From Bdellovibrionota bacterium (GTDB lineage: Bacteria; Bdellovibrionota_C; UBA2361; JAAYZI01), in NCBI GenBank assembly GCA_050950765.1, contig JBMNIF010000002.1, positions 1,152,001 to 1,216,000 of the forward strand: a stretch of DNA of 64,000 nt, in the 5' to 3' direction. Positions 62,915-64,000 of the stretch are shown piece after piece (the first letter of the stretch is position 1; every line of letters begins with the position of its first letter). The notes below the pieces were generated by a model, which worked only from the letters and a program-made list of their open reading frames with translations, was not told the DNA's origin and searched no databases. Position numbers and translations under genes: made by a program.

Positions 62915-62973
62915 GGCAGGGCTAGAGGTAGCTTGAAGATTAGCGAGATAGTGTATTTAAAAGTGCAATTGGT

Positions 62974-63849
62974 GTGGAAAAAATGAAGACTTTAATTTTT
63001 GGTGGTAATGGTCAATTAGGAAAAGAATTAACAGCTCTTGCTGCCGTGCGTGGGATTACTGCTGTGGTAGCAGATCTGCCAGAGGTAAATATCTGTGAAC
63101 CTCTCTCTATTGAAAAAGCCGTAGCCGCCGCTGCTCCTGATGTTATTATCAATGCAGCAGCTTATACAGCGGTTGATAAAGCGGAATCTGAAAGAGATCT
63201 TGCTTATAAAGTTAATGCAGAGGGCGCTATTAATTTAGCTCTAGCTGCAAAAAAAGCGGGGTGTCGTTTTTTGCATGTATCGACAGATTATGTTTTCGGA
63301 GATGGTTTCGATAAACCTATAACAGAGGATGCTGCTACAAACCCACTTAATGTTTATGGTGCATCAAAACTGGAGGGGGAGCGTGGTATCTTAGCGGAGT
63401 ATGCGGAGGGCACTTTAATAGTCAGAACAGCTTCGCTGCACGGTCAATACGGTCATAACTTTGTGCATACCATGCTTAGGCTTTTTAAGGAACGTGAACA
63501 GGTTTCCGTAGTTACGGATCAGGTCATGTCTCCGACTTGGGCTGGCTGGTTAGCAAAAGCCCTTTTGGAATTAGCTCAACAAGATTGTCTTGGGGTTGTG
63601 CACGCTTCCTGCGGAGAAGCCGTGTCGTGGTTTGATTTCGCTCAGGCGATCTTAGAGTATTCTCAAGTTAAATCACCAAGCAAAGTTAAACTTCTTCCCA
63701 TTTTGGCGGCTGATTATCCCTCTGCGGCGAAGAGGGCTTCCTATTCGGTATTGGATGTAACAAAGTTGCGCGGCTTAACTTCTGATGATTTTGTAATCGG
63801 GTGGCGAGAAGGATTAAAATCACACTTAAAAAATTTAGGTGAATGTTAA
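62974..63849 (+). CDS. rfbD: dTDP-4-dehydrorhamnose reductase
   Basis: GGNGQLG, NAAAYTAVDKAE, STDYVF, YGASKLEGE and DQVMSPT. Confidence 0.95.
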   Translation: MEKMKTLIFGGNGQLGKELTALAAVRGITAVVADLPEVNICEPLSIEKAVAAAAPDVIINAAAYTAVDKAESERDLAYKVNAEGAINLALAAKKAGCRFLHVSTDYVFGDGFDKPITEDAATNPLNVYGASKLEGERGILAEYAEGTLIVRTASLHGQYGHNFVHTMLRLFKEREQVSVVTDQVMSPTWAGWLAKALLELAQQDCLGVVHASCGEAVSWFDFAQAILEYSQVKSPSKVKLLPILAADYPSAAKRASYSVLDVTKLRGLTSDDFVIGWREGLKSHLKNLGEC

Positions 63850-63893
63850 AGATTGCATCAAAGTATTTCGAAGGATCGAGTGCAAATTAAGTT

Positions 63894-64000
63894 ATGGAAC
63901 GTGAACTAGATGTTGTTATTATGGCTGGAGGTCAGAGCACCCGTTTTTGGCCCGTAGCCAGACGCGCTGCCCCGAAACATTTTCTAGCGATGGATGCAAA
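63894..64000 (+). CDS. manC: Mannose-1-phosphate guanylyltransferase, N-terminus (truncated by window edge)
   Basis: Manual translation: MERELDVVIMAGGQSTRFWPVARRAAPKHFL. Confidence 0.8.
   Translation, partial: MERELDVVIMAGGQSTRFWPVARRAAPKHFLAMDA

Overview
AT-rich chromosomal window from a Gram-negative bacterium (LptD present; lineage not determinable from the sequence alone). It carries mostly housekeeping and envelope genes: aroD, aroC, a glycosyltransferase/wcaJ/ugd/uxs/galE-like cluster, lepA, purB, fabD, argC, glgP, rsmJ, cstA, tatD, dam, glnA, metY, accD, lptD, rfbB, rfbD and a partial manC. The intergenic DNA is the unusual part. (1) A REP-associated HUH tyrosine transposase (RAYT/TnpA-REP) at 34.6-35.6 kb is accompanied by roughly 90-100 copies (approximate manual count) of an 11-bp near-palindrome, TGGTGCCACCC. 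These form polarised mosaic arrays built from a small reused library of spacer modules and usually abut stop codons. (2) Three tandem cassettes at 5.3-8.55 kb hold unrelated small ORFs between a conserved structured 5' leader and a conserved 3' element. (3) Gene junctions are repeatedly amplified in tandem (ugd end x3, pgk-like end x3, uxs/galE x1), and the lepA 3' end is duplicated with synonymous recoding. (4) Two near-identical IS1634-like elements have both inserted into repeats. (5) Intact PGK-like and RNase II/R-like genes have degenerate active-site motifs. No tRNA, rRNA or CRISPR was recognised. All calls come from motif recognition by eye; no searches were run.
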